Positions 15,501 to 30,694 of a stretch of DNA of 64,000 nucleotides are shown one piece after another. Origin of the DNA: Eledone cirrhosa. Its lineage: Eukaryota. The stretch is from contig OZ024741.1 of the NCBI GenBank assembly GCA_964016885.1, positions 407,278,001 through 407,342,000 of the forward strand. Reading direction: 5' to 3'. Each line of letters opens with the position of its first letter. Position 1 is the stretch's first letter. Below the pieces are notes generated by a model. It worked only from the letters and a program-made list of their open reading frames with translations, searched no databases and was not told the DNA's origin. Both the position numbers and the translations under genes were made by a program.

Positions 15501-18500
15501 CCGTCCCATCAGAAAAAGCAGAATCTGAAGAGTCGAAATCTCCTGTGACATCAGAACCTGCAGAATCCCCAAAATCGCCCGTCCCATCAGAAAAAGCAGA
15601 ATCTGAAAAGCCGAAATCTCCTGTGACATCAGAACCTGCAAAATCCCCAAAATCTCCCGTCCCATCAGAAAAAGCAGAATCTGAAAAGTCGAAATCTCCT
15701 GTGACATCAGAACCTGCAAAATCCCCAAAATCTCCCGTCCCATCAGAAAAAGCAGAATCTGAAAAGTCGAAATCTCCTGTGACATCAGAACCTGCAAAAT
15801 CCCCAAAATCTCCCGTCCCATCAGAAAAAGCAGAATCTGAAAAGTCTAAATCTCCTGTGACATCAGAACCTGCAAAATCCCCAAAATCTCCCGTCCCATC
15901 AGAAAAAGCAGAATCTGAAAAGTCAAAATCTCCTGTGACATCAGAACCTGCAAAGTCCCCAAAATCTCCTGTCCCCTCAGATACAGCAGAATCTGAAAAG
16001 TCTAGTCAGGGCCTATCACCCTCATCAGAAAAACAAGATTCTGTAAAGTCGAAGTCTCCTGCGACCTCAGAACACTCAAAAACCTTATTATCACCAGTAC
16101 CCTCCGAAAAAGCAGAATCCGCAAAATCAAGTGAAGCCCGTTCACCATCCCCTTCTGACAAAGCAGAATCTGAAAAGTCTAAATCTCCTGTGACATCAGA
16201 ACCTGCAAAATCTCCTATGTCCCCTGTCACCTCAGAAAAAGCAGAATCTGTAAAATCTAGTCAGGCCCTCTCACCTTCTTCAGAAAAAGCAGAATCTGAA
16301 AAGTCAAAATCTCTTCTAACCCCCGAGATTTCAAAGTCCCCACTATCTCCAGTATCGTCAGAAAAAGCAGAATCTGAAAAGTCAAAATCCCCAATGCTCT
16401 CACCATCCAAAAAGCAACCCCTATCACCTGTGTCCTCAGAAAATGAAGTTTCAGAAAAATCGAAATCACCAACGTCGTCTGAACCCGCTAAATCCCCGAA
16501 ATCATCTTCATCCCCTGCAACGACAGGGCCAGTCAACTCTGAAATGTCAGAATCTCAAACCCTTAAATCATCTGTGATACCTACATCTCCCCACTCCCCT
16601 GTATCTAACAAATCTGACACCGAACATTCGATATCTCCTGTATTATCCAAACAAAATATAACCGATAAATCGGACCAATCTCTTTCACCTGTGGCCTCTG
16701 AAAATGATAAATCTTCTATTATGTCTGAACCTTTAAAGTCCTCTGTGATATCTGAAAAATCCAATTCTGTACCAATTGAACCCCCTAATTCAGTGTTACT
16801 CCCTTCTCCCCCAGAAAAAGCTAAATCTACTGTGATAACCAAACCCGCTAAATCACCTGCTAGCCCTGAAAATGTCATATCGGATAAAATACAGTCAACT
16901 AAGAAAGCAACATCACCTATTCGATCCGAAGCTGCAGAGTATTTGAACGACAAGTCTTTTGTAAAATCTGAACCAGTTATTTCCCCAAACATTTTGGAAA
17001 ATTCTGAAAAGGTAAAGTCACACATTACATCTGCAAAATCTCCTGTACTTTCAGAAAGGTGCTCATCTCCATCCCAACCAGCCTCATCTCCTGTACTTTT
17101 GTCTAACACTTTAACAAATGTACAGCAGGAAATGTCTACAAATATAAGCTTACCTGCATCTGGGAGATCATCTACTCTGTCTGAAAGTTATACAAATGTT
17201 GAGTCAGGAGGCCATATTATGCTCAAACAACCAGCTTCTGTCAGTTTTCTCAAATCTGTAGAAGATGAGGAATACTTTAGCTCTGCAACTTCATTACTTC
17301 ATGAAAAATTATCACGTGATAAACATTTCACTTCACTCATATCTGACAAAGATGCCTCTCCCATGTCTTATAATAACACCGAATCCTTGAAAGTTACCTC
17401 GTTTACTACTTCAGGGAAGAAAGTGTCTCCAGTCACGTCTAGTCAATCGAAACATGTATCAGGTAGTTCATCAGTAGTTTCAATAATAAATAGGTCTACT
17501 GACGCATCTGATAAAGCCAACATCTTAAAGGTTTCGCCCTCAGCAACAGCTACATATATTCCGTCTTTTAACTCAACAAGTAATACTGAATTTGAAACCT
17601 CATCTCATAATATAATAACTCGATCCTCTGTAACATCTGACAATATTTCTGATCACATCAACTATAAACTTGAATCGAATCAAGGTAGTACATTTGACAG
17701 TTCCCAGTACAATAAATACCAGTTAAGATCTGAGGCTGCTGGAGCCTCTAAAATAAATGATTCTATGAAAGCTTCCTCCATTATTATACCCGATAAAAGC
17801 GAAACTGAACATTCTACTTCAGTGTTAGTGTTAGAAACAGTAAGTTGCTCAGTGCCATCAGAAACTGGTCAGACATTGCTGTCTCATGTATATTCTGAGA
17901 CAGCTAAATCTCCTTTGTTACAAAAGTCTTTTCATTCCCAATATTTAGAAACTGTCAAGGATAGTGAATCACCTTTACAACAGAGAACACTAGTCTATGA
18001 GAAAGATTTTCCCCCAAGTAGTTCTGTAGTAGCTAGCTTTCCACCGCGGGTACAAAAAGAAAATGGCCAACCAGAAACATCACCATCCCAATTGTTTCCC
18101 TATAAGTTGACATCTTCTGCGACCCCAGGAATTAATCAGTTAAAAATGGGCTTTGAAACTGAAAACATTTATTCTGTATCTGAATTGAAATCAACAAATG
18201 ATACAGTAACGAAAATTGATACATTGCTTAAATCGTCTGCTCCAGAAAGCCATTTTATAAAGCAGAACGGTACTAGTGTAAGACAAATAGAATTTAAAAG
18301 CTCCAGCGAAAGCTCGTCTAGAGATAGAGCTGATGATACATATGCTGCGAGTCAACAGAATGGTTATGATTGGGGAGGAGATATAACAGATTCTCAGAGA
18401 GAAATGCAAATGTACAAAGCTGAAAGTGAGGCGGTGAGAATGATTAAAGACCCCCAAAAGGAAATAACAATAGAACTCAAATCAACGTCTAAGAAATTTA

Positions 18501-18607
18501 AAAATGACAAGCATGTCATGGCTGAGTGGATGGCGACTGAAGAAACCGCTGAAGTCAGGAGAGCAGAGATGAAGAACTCATCGGAGAAATTCCCCGATGC
18601 CAATTGA
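9538..18607 (+). CDS. Giant alternative terminal exon of neurofilament gene: NF220/NF-H-like KSP-repeat tail (~3022 aa)
   Basis: Uninterrupted 9-kb ORF. It is preceded by pyrimidine-rich acceptor tctccctcccacag|G (phase 2), giving (R)IELVQYPMTYRSREAY..., followed by an acidic segment, AESEK pentamers and 26-aa SEKAESEKSKSPVTSEPAKSPKSPVP repeats; stop TGA at 18605-18607. Resembles the squid NF220 tail as recalled. The ORF-track Met at 9560 is internal. Confidence 0.88.
10045..10660 (+). repeat. Coding repeat: 15-bp AESEK units interspersed with ATTP/VTTP
   Basis: gc(a/t/c)gaatcggaaaaa tandem units, visible in DNA and protein. Confidence 0.9.
11480..16390 (+). repeat. Coding minisatellite: 78-bp / 26-aa KSP repeat array
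   Basis: Recurrent tcagaaaaagcagaatctgaaaagtc(g/t)aaatctcctgtgac(a/c)tcagaacctgcaaa... unit; most homogeneous at about 14650-15970. Confidence 0.95.
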
Positions 18608-18808
18608 AATGGGGTGGGTGGTACGTTGATTCTATTGGAGATGGATCCTGCTTTCATATTTTAATACAACAAGCATACCACAGTTTTTGGTTTGCATGTC
18701 TAAGATTTTCTTTAAGTTTTGCTTGGCTCTTGCACCCCTTAGATATTAGTGGCTAAACCATCCGTTTGGTTTCGCAATTCAAACTACACTTTGCCTCGTT
18801 TCCTTCGC

Positions 18809-18814
18809 AATAAA
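18809..18814 (+). terminator. Candidate polyadenylation signal for NF220-like isoform
   Basis: AATAAA ~200 nt after the stop codon; weak on its own in AT-rich DNA. Confidence 0.35.
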
Positions 18815-18829
18815 TTCATGTGACCTAGT

Positions 18830-18892
<63 letters not shown>

Positions 18893-20125
18893 GTGAGTGT
18901 ATATGTGCATCTATTTATATATGTACTCATACATACACAGGCTCACACACACATCATATATAAATATTTATATTGAAAACACAATTGTATTCTAGTTTTA
19001 TGTTCTTCCACACATGGTTAATGGTGGAAACACTCCTCATTAACTAGTAAACACGAAAATATAGAACTATAACGTAACAAGTCACAAACAAAAATAGACA
19101 ATTAGCTGGTAACGTATAAATCTAATGATAAAAACGTAAGTTTTGGCGTTAATATCTACACCTCTTTCATTGGCTCTGCCTGCCATTAAGATGTGGCAAC
19201 TTTCTACAACATTCCATGATGAAGATGTGACTACGAAGGCCTAGAAAGATTGTTGATGTATTTAGAAGCTTTACAAATAGCTAGTAATTCATAAGAAATT
19301 ATGAAGAAACGTCGATATATAAGATAAAGCTAGGAAACAGTCGTGTTTTCAATACAAAATAAGGAAAACTGCTCCCTATATACCTATATATTAAATATAT
19401 ATATATATTTCACACCAAATTATTTATGTGATAATTCTAAAGTTATTTTAATGGCAATGTTATGTTTGCTGCAAGAAAACCACAATAGTATGTCGCCGTA
19501 TATTCTTTTGCTTATTTTTATTTGTCATTTTTTCTGTGCCACATTTCAGTTGATATAGTGTTCTAGGAATTTAATTATTATTTTCGGTTTTTTGTCGCAT
19601 TATCTGTGCTTAGTTGAGTTTAGTATATTTACACATAGTAGAGTAGATGTTGGAATACGAGATTGAACAAGTTGAACATTTAACCTGGTTCTAAACAATC
19701 TTTCTCCCCTCAAATGTTCTGAAATTGAAAAAATATCTTTAAAAACCTACCTACCGTCTACCCAATTCATCCACCTTCTTTCTTTCTTATTACTTATTGT
19801 TTCAAATAGCCTTTACTTTCAAAGACTCTATTTCCCTCCTTTTTTTATTGTTCAGTTGTTCTTTATTTGTCCTAGTTCTTTCCTGCCAATGATTCCCTAC
19901 AATGATATATTCCTTCCCACCCAGTTGTTTATCATTTGTTATCGATAGATGTGTTTAGAATGTTTCATATTAAACTGTTAAACATAATTAATAGTTATTT
20001 AAAATGAAATAAAACAAATAAACTGAAGGCGCTTCTTTTCACAGAAAACGTCAATGAAGATATCGTTATTATATTTATTATTATTATTATACTTTGTGTA
20101 AACCCATTGTGGTTAATAAAGAAAG

Positions 20126-20127
<2 letters not shown>

Positions 20128-20158
<31 letters not shown>

Positions 20159-20199
20159 CATTATTATTATTAGATTTATTATTATTATTATTATTATTA

Positions 20200-20253
<54 letters not shown>
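20128..20253. repeat. (TTA)n microsatellite
   Basis: Directly visible; a similar tract lies at 2324-2450. Confidence 0.95.
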
Positions 20254-20255
<2 letters not shown>

Positions 20256-22109
20256 CAACCTCTATTATGGTCAGCATCTGAGGTTAATTGGTAATTTGAT
20301 TTGATATCATACAAGCTAATTATTCTATATTGATAAGACACGAAGATTACAATTTCTCAGAAATATTCTAAACATTCAATTCATTATAGCTATATAAAAA
20401 GATGTTACACATTTATCTCCCCTTTCCATTGGAGGGCTATTTTATGTTGTCAAAAGAAACGATTATTGACAAATTAAGTTTTGCTATATCTTCATTACCG
20501 TTTGAATGCATTCTATGTCTTTCAGAAACGTAAAAAAAGAATGTCAGATGATCTTATAATTATTACCCAACTTTTCACCAAATATATAACATCATTTCAC
20601 AATAAGTAAAATAAATAGCTAATAAATATAGTACCTGGCTACAGTCATTAACATATTACTAGAATTAAACATAAGTGTGGGAAATGGGAAATAAAATATT
20701 GTCATCCTAAATGTAAGTAATCATTCTTATGTCAGGGAAGTATAAAGCTATAATACTACACTGGAAGGAGAAAGACTTCATCGCAGCTGAACTATCAGAA
20801 AGAAGAACATTATTAGCCGTTCATATTCACTAAATGTTTTGTAGAGAAATCTTCATGAAGGTTACATTTTAAAAGCTATATCTGAAAATATAGTTGGTAT
20901 TAGCTGGACATTTTATCTTCCTAAGATATATTTCACTGAAATATTTCAATATGAATTTATATATAGTTCGTGTTTCGGTTGGAAAACATCGATTTCGTTT
21001 CAAAGAACCACATTGCAGTTAATATAACGCCAGAAGCGAATAAAAGAAGCAACGTGACCAGGAATAAGTGAGTGAAAGACAATTCTAGAGTTACAGGTAC
21101 TAGTTATCTAGTAGTATAATTTAACACTATATCATTTTAGTACGTGCAAAATATGGATAGTAGAGACGTGAAAAGAACTGAGATGCACTGCATTAAATGT
21201 ATTAATTCATTAGAAAATGTTTAAGTTCCACCTGGAACAAATTCCCAAATGCAGTAGAAACAAAATAATTATCAGTAGTATAGTACAATGATCACAGTAC
21301 CAACTTTAGTACAGCGTGGGGCTAAATACATTACAGTACTTAGTATTATAGATTTACATTCGGCTTTAGATTCATTTCAGTTTGACATTGTTTTTTTTAT
21401 ACATGGTAAGTCAATTAAATACCTATCAGTTAAGTAGAGTGACTACATTTACTATACAGAGACCATGAAAATGCGTAGTTCTGTGTCTGTATTATATACT
21501 CTAGGATGTCCTCATCTCATTATACCATTATATTACTATAGTACTGACATAAAAGAGAACCGTTACTACACAAGGGTTACTGTAAAAGATTGAACATATT
21601 CATCGATATATTTCTATTATTAAGAAACTTTAGAATAAGGTTTATTTAGATATAGGTAACGATGCAGTCATATAAATAGTGCATTTGACAAATTGGGGTG
21701 CTGGTTTCAGAGGGTAGAAACCATCTATTTTTACTATAGATAACAGTCTACGCCACTTACTTCTGATGGTTTATGCTAACAACAAGATTTTAATATTTAC
21801 GGAGATTTAGTTATTGTTGTTTTTTGTTGCAGTATAGTGTACTATGTCTCCCTATAGAAGGGTTCTAACGAAACCTTCGACATCGTCTGCTAAATAATTT
21901 AGGTAGTGTAAGTTGAATTTCACACATATATCGTATGACAGGCTAGTCAAAACAACAAACTGAGAATAACTATAGTACGTAGTTGAAATGATTTCTCTTT
22001 ATACGTACATATATAAATATCGAAACATTTATGCATCTACAGTCATATATACTATATATACCCAAACACATAATACACATACACGCACACACTCACGCGC
22101 ACAAACACA

Positions 22110-22171
<62 letters not shown>

Positions 22172-22964
22172 TAATTAACAAATGAATATGAGACACTTGT
22201 AGAAATATCTATTTTCGAGTCCAATGCATTTAGTATGGATAGTGCGATTATATTTCAAATTATAATCGATTTGGGAAATATTATTCCAACGAGACTAGCT
22301 TATCTTGATGGGTGAAGATAAATGTCTCATGTATTAACGCATTATAAATCTTCCAGGTATAGAATGAATTTTAAGTAAACAGTGAAATATTGTCTGTATA
22401 TAAGCTATGCGTTGCTATTAATAAATATTTATTGAGTAATAAGTTTAATGTAAAACCTCTATTTATACCTTTCAGATATTTTCTAATATTATATTAACAA
22501 AATCATACCAAGAAACGAAAGTCACTTAAGAAGTCAAAATTAAGTTTGGAAGCCGATAGATTATAACAGAATGTTTTTAGTTTACAAAATTTAGAAGAAA
22601 AATATGTTTATATTCAAAAGTAATTATAAATGTGATACCATACATAACATTAAAAGATAAGTTTTGATGTTTAACTTTCTCACGTAATTTTTAAGTGTTC
22701 CCACACTGTTATCAATTTGTATATGCATTAACATGTATTTAACGTATTACACGAATGATATATCTGCTGAGTAAAAAAAAAATGTTAATTGTAATAATAT
22801 TGGTAATAGTAATAATAAGCAAAATAATAAAGGAAACACTAAGAACAAGAACAATAATAATAATAGTAATAATTATTTTCATTTTACTTATATAAATGTC
22901 ATTAATACATGAATTTATCCATAGGCAATAATTTTAATACATCAGTTATATTATCAATAACACA

Positions 22965-24477
<1,513 letters not shown>

Positions 24478-24944
24478 TAAGTTTAACCTTTTAAAATTTA
24501 AGGTTTGGTGACTAATATTCAACTTGTGTGCTCCCGTCTTCCAACTGCTACATTTGTTTGTGTGTTTTTATTATTTGTATATGTATTGTATTTTATTGCA
24601 ATTTTTTCTTACACCTTGATGGCAAAAGAAAAATCACAGAAAGAGGTAAAGACATTTTGTAAAATAGAAGGAAGATATTCATAGAGGGTTTAATTGGTTT
24701 TAATATTAAGACGTTAAGCACTCACAACAGGCTTTGGTACTGCTCTCGTTGTTGCCAAATAAGTCACAGGCACGTTATGGACGTCAACAGGAAACAATAT
24801 ATTGTGAAATTGTAACCAGGTGAGAAAGAGAACGAAAGAGAAACCAACGTACTCGAAGATTAAAAACAAATGCAGTAGGTGCTGAAGTAGACATTTTTTT
24901 CTACCTTGTTTTTTTTTCTTTTGGTTGTTTGTTTGTGCCAACAG

Positions 24945-25057
24945 AATTGGGATGAAGCAGATAGTGGAACAAGTTGTCGGAGCCAGAAGTAGTGAGGCCG
25001 AAGTGTTGTCTACGATGCTCACCAAGTCATCAGAAAGCAGTTATGAGGCTACCGGTG
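24945..25057 (+). CDS. Neurofilament internal exon shared by NF60/NF70-like isoforms
   Basis: Long T-rich tract then aacag|A ATT GGG ATG (phase 2, same phase as the 9538 exon). Encodes IGMKQIVEQVVGARSSEAEVLSTMLTKSSESSYEATG; donor G|gtgcgt (phase 1). Matches the recalled squid NF60/70 post-rod sequence. Too short for the ORF track. Confidence 0.85.
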
Positions 25058-25859
25058 GTGCGTATTAGAGCAAAAGTGTACAATCCAAGTGGTGCTACTC
25101 ATTTACATTTATAATAGTAAAACAGAAAAATTACAGGGCCTTGTACATATGGATATATATATTCATATTTACATACATATACGTGTATGTATATATGCAT
25201 ACTGTATATTAGTTTATATTATTACATGTGCAATAGACTACATATCATGTGGTGGAGCGCATATAAAGATATAATCTAATATCGACTTTTTTAAATTCAT
25301 ATGTACGATTAATTGTTATTAGAATCCTTCCAAAAATAAGTTGTTCCAACGATACAAAACACTGAGGTTGTAGTTAACACATAGTGCAGATTTGTTGTAG
25401 CTTGCAGATACATGTTAACAAAGTGCTTTCTACAAAACATCTTTGTCTTCTTTCTAACAACTCCTTTCTCTCGCCACAATCTAACCACTTTTTCTATTTT
25501 CCGTACTATATATTTGGCAATAGCGGTACTTCTCTTCAAAATAGTACTTTACAATTTAGCAATTTTCTTTTCTTGTGTGTGTGCTATGTTCCTTTACTCA
25601 GTTATTAATTTCTGCACAAACAAGCTATCTTCTGTAGACATTGCTTACATTTATTGATAATAGACATACTAAAATACTTGTTTAACAATTTACATGAAAT
25701 TAGATTTACCTTGCATGATGCTGCAATTGGACTAAATTCTTGCACGCACTTATCTGTCCGTTCTGTGATCCTTATATCCTTCTTCGTTAGTACTATATTT
25801 CCTTCTGCGACATGTTTCCTACTCCTCCCTTCTGACAGGCCAAAAATTACATATTTCAG

Positions 25860-25933
25860 GCGTAACTTCTACGACCACTCAAGAACGTCGGACAATGAGT
25901 GAAGAAAAAAAAGTGAGCTCAACCAAGGAATAG
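25860..25933 (+). CDS. Short alternative terminal exon (NF60-like C-terminus)
   Basis: Acceptor atatttcag|GC is phase-1 compatible with donor 25057 and gives G-VTSTTTQERRTMSEEKKVSSTKE-TAG. Resembles the recalled squid NF60 end (...TTSSQERRSMSEEKK...). An in-frame upstream acceptor exists at 25839. Confidence 0.75.
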
Positions 25934-26286
25934 GGAAACTCTACACAAAAGAAAACATACAACAAACAAAAAAGACTGATAACATAGATTTTCATATGAA
26001 CAGTTTTTACAGTAGCAACAACAATTTTTTAAAAAATGTGAAGAAAACATGAACATTACACAAAAATACTGGCATTGTTATATCCCGCCATTGCTGATCT
26101 TATATTTGTCTAGTAAAACAAATTGTTCAATGTGTATCGCTTTTTTGCTGGAATCGTAAAAATGTGCATGTAATCTTTTCAATCTGGCACATTTACGGTC
26201 TTATCCGATGAACTTATAACATGCATATGTATTTGTATGTATTATATATATGCAATTAGTTACTATACTTTTTTTAAAAATCACAT

Positions 26287-26321
<35 letters not shown>

Positions 26322-26381
26322 TATGAATATATATCATGTATATATATATACATATATATATATAAATATATATATATATAG

Positions 26382-26448
<67 letters not shown>

Positions 26449-27251
26449 GATGTATTGTGGTACATATGCATTGAAACATGAAGAATAAGACCAATTATCA
26501 AATTAACCTTAAAATGTCGCGCTTTAATTCAGCAATATTTTATTTAAGTTATATATTTATAATGTCTATTTATAACCCCTCTATCGCATTCGTCCTATTA
26601 TAATGTAATATTACCCACTCTGGCAAAGCTAAACCTACAACAGAAACCATAAATATTAAACACTTTTTTAATATAAAGTTTGAAAAAATAAAAACAAATA
26701 TCACCAATTTTAATACCCATCTTTATATCTTAGAAAAATTAAATTCTATCTTATAAGCTTAAGTTTAAAAGACATGAAAGAAAACAGCTAAATTGATATT
26801 TTAATAATTATAGAAAATCTGCACGTTATGTGCGATCCTACTAATACGAAACATTGGTAGGAAATTCCCGAGCGGCAGCCCTAACCACCCTAATATTAAA
26901 TTTTAATTCTAAATTCAAACATAGCTATTTCTGAATATACTGCATAATTCAACATCTCAATATGCTGAGTGAAAAAGAAGGACTTGTAGATAATTTCCTT
27001 TAAAAAGTTGAACCCTTGGCACATTTTTGTATCTAAACGATATGGTATTTGAACACAGAAAACAAAACGAAAGAAAAATATTTAATTATTACAAGACAAA
27101 AACATTTTCTAAATTTCCCATTGGTCTGAGCGTTTCTATTTAAATTAAAAATTAACATAAAAATAATAAAAATAACTGGATAATAAATTTTTTTTTTCAA
27201 AAAAAGCTTTTTATAAAAGTAGTGAGATATAGGCGCTTCAAATACTCTTGT

Positions 27252-27357
<106 letters not shown>

Positions 27358-27703
27358 TATATATATGTATAATATATGTATGTATATATACATATATAAA
27401 GATTGTAATTAGAAAATCAAATGTTTAGCGTTGTGACAAAAATTATTTTAATAACATCAATTAAGGATATGGACAATATGTACTTAAACGAAAAGTAGAT
27501 TTTAAAATTAATCGCCCCATAATAATGTTTGACTAATCTGCCTTAATATTATTTAAGCTTACTGAAAAAAAATGCTTGAAAGCGCTTTTGGACACCATCT
27601 GAATGTCAAACAATAGTACATGATAAATATTTTATCGACATATAGAGTTTAATTAAAATATTATTAAAATACAGGAAATTAATTCCTCCAAGATCTATAT
27701 GAA

Positions 27704-27786
<83 letters not shown>

Positions 27787-29564
27787 CATATATGTATATA
27801 CTATTTGTATATATATATATATATATTGTCTTCGTGCTTTCTTAAAGGTTAACTTTGATCTTTCACCGGCTGTGAATAGAAATTATCAGGAACTCTGGTG
27901 TTTTCTTTAACGGAAGCATCGGTGCATTTGACACTCTTTTCTTAACTTTTATGCATGTCTCTTCTGAAACTCACATCTATTAGTTCTTACAAAATTCAAA
28001 CTATCAAGTTATCTCTCTATCACTCCAGAGCTTCGCTGCGGGGCATTGGAGCTAACCTGTAAGCAGCACTTGTTATAATAAAACATTTCACTGCAAAATT
28101 TCTGAAACACTAACTCTTGAGTTCTCTGCCCCTCATTTACTTTACTTCCGCTTTCAAAATAAAAGCATTTTTGAATATTAACAACTACAATTAACATTTG
28201 CTTAGGAATAGTAATACATTTTTATTCACATCTGCAATGGTTTTTGGACTTTGCAGATGATAACAACCATCCTAGGGAAACGTTTCTTGAATTTCTTTAT
28301 TAAAACTAGAAACATTGTGAAACTTACTCTTGTTCCAATGTTAACTATAAATACACACCTTTGCTTTTTTATTGATAATTAACAATAATTTTTTTTACAC
28401 AATTAACAGACAAGACTACACATATTGCAACTAATATATCATCACACATGATGAAATTCATTTTCTCAAAAATTACCTTTCAACTTAGATCAATAACAAA
28501 ATCTACTTTTATCAAATTTTTCCTAACAAAATCACAATCTATTCCAGTTTAAATCTTCTCAAATATATATAGGTTTTCTGAGAACACACAATTGGTTTCA
28601 GCTAAGAAATCTAAGATATATCAAGAATTGTTATATTTGGGAATGGTCATGAATTATTTTCATCTTATCAACAGATTTTCCACCACTATTAGTCACTGTC
28701 TGCTTCATTGGGTATTTTTTACGACAATATTTTTAGAAATCGTGCAACCACTTTTTAATATCAACGATTTCTAAATAATATTGTATGTTTAAAGAACCAG
28801 CTCTCAATATGCTGCTGGTTTTCTCAAACAAACATGTTGTAAAAAACAAATTGATTTTTTTTTTTTTTTCAGATTTTTCTCTACTTTATTTATTTGTACT
28901 ATGAATAATGTTATATATTTTTAATGTATTCTTCTTTTTAGCCAAATATTAACGATAAATTATAAATTTGTTTTATATTCCAGCGAAATTGGGATTTTAC
29001 TAAAAAGTCTCTAGTAGCTTGATCTTCCTCTCTTGTAATTTATTGATGTTATTGGATAGGGGGAAAATTATGCTGACATATTAGGCTTTAATACTGATAC
29101 GTATGTCTCGATATCACATTACAATTTGGTTATAGTTTACATACATAGAAAATAACTTATTTGTTGAGAGCAGGTATATAAATAATCTTAACAGTAATAG
29201 TCATAATTTATTTCCGGATTCTATTAAAAATCCTCATTTTAGATAAAACAGAGCGTTCACCTCAACGGAAACAGAGAATTATAAAAATAAAATACTTGAA
29301 GTGCATAAATGTTAACAGATTCTATAAATATATAAAGATGTATAGAGTCAATGAAACATATATATCGTAGAAAGGTTAGCCAGAAGAACGATCTCATCAC
29401 GGACCTAACTTCAGGTTGAAATTAGTAGAAACTAAGCATATATATATACATGTGTGCGTGCGTGTGTGTGCATGTGTGTAAGATGTTATCAGAAATATCA
29501 AAGCAAACGAGATAGTAAAATGAAGAAATATATTTGTCTAATACTTGATAGAGTAGGAAAAGCG

Positions 29565-29601
29565 TCTTAAGGTTTCAGACATTTGTCCTTCATCAGAAGA
29601 T
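29565..29601 (-). ncRNA. Degenerate hammerhead-like motif
   Basis: Reverse complement reads aTCTT CTGATGA AGGAC aaat GTCT GAAA CC TT AAGA; stem III not properly paired. Confidence 0.5.
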
Positions 29602-30447
29602 AGTGAGAAATACAAGGTGAAACAGAAAGATAGATTGAGAAGAGGGAGTGACGGAAAAAATATTTTTTAGAATAAGCACGTGTGTATTCAGTCGACTAGA
29701 GAGAGAGGTGGGGTGAGATTGTTATCCTATTGAAAACAATTATGACAAAAGCCTATCATTGTATATACTAGTTGAAAAATTCCTATTAAGTAGACATGGA
29801 AACGTAAATATGCGGACGAACTCGTATGTTAGAAATCCAACACCCAGCTCCTTAATGGCGAGCAGGGGTGTTTTTCATTAGACTAAAAGGTTACTGAACA
29901 TTATATGCCGTCATGCTGAAGATTCTTTAAGCCTGTAACCATATGTGAGCCTGAGCTGGCCAGCCTCAGGTGTGAGCTTCGCGAGCTGGAATGGCTTTTC
30001 CAGCGCGTTTCCCTTACCGTCCTCCGAGGAAACGCCAAACGCCTTCTCCATTCTGTCCGCCAGGGCTGTGGGAAGGCCACCAATATGATTGACTGACTTG
30101 TCATTATATCAGTTAGATGTTCTAATGATTCTATATATATCATATACGGTCACTCAGTGGGAGCATTCGACTTACTTATGTAAATTTGTGAAAATGTGAA
30201 ATTTGATGTATATTCTTCCCAGTGAACTTGAGAGATGTGGTGATAGATTCCCCACAGCTCACGTCCATTGTTTCCCACATGTTCTAAACTATTATTTACA
30301 GTGTTCTAAACTATTATTTACTGTGATGGACAGTTGCTAAAGTTATTTACGTTGGAACGACTAGAATTTAGGTTTCACATTCCCGCAAATTCTTAAGTCA
30401 ACTAGATATACAAGCGTATATACATGTATTATATGATACATTAATAT

Positions 30448-30546
<99 letters not shown>

Positions 30547-30547
30547 C

Positions 30548-30694
30548 AATATGTTGAAAAGGTAACACACTAGAGAGAGATACAGTGCACCATCAATAAA
30601 AAATAGGTTATAGATTCCATACTCTGGTGGTTTTTCCCTGTTTTATTGATGGCGCACTGTATCTCTCTCTAGTGTGTTACCTTTTCAACATATT
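30548..30694. repeat. ~55-bp inverted repeat next to (CA)n(TA)n
   Basis: aatatgttgaaaaggtaacacactagagagagatacagtgc... and its reverse complement at 30641-30694. Confidence 0.9.

Noticed and set aside
11480-16390. Regular repeat array resembling a CRISPR array
   Set aside because: Tandem coding units with no unique spacers, eukaryotic context and no cas genes
9859-17109. Long antisense ORFs (DSAFS/GDFAGS repeats) opposite the giant exon
   Set aside because: Shadow frames produced by the repetitive codon composition of the sense ORF
9560-18607. Stand-alone single-exon gene or MAP1/futsch annotation
   Set aside because: An in-frame splice acceptor lies upstream of the Met, and neighbouring neurofilament exons indicate an alternative terminal exon
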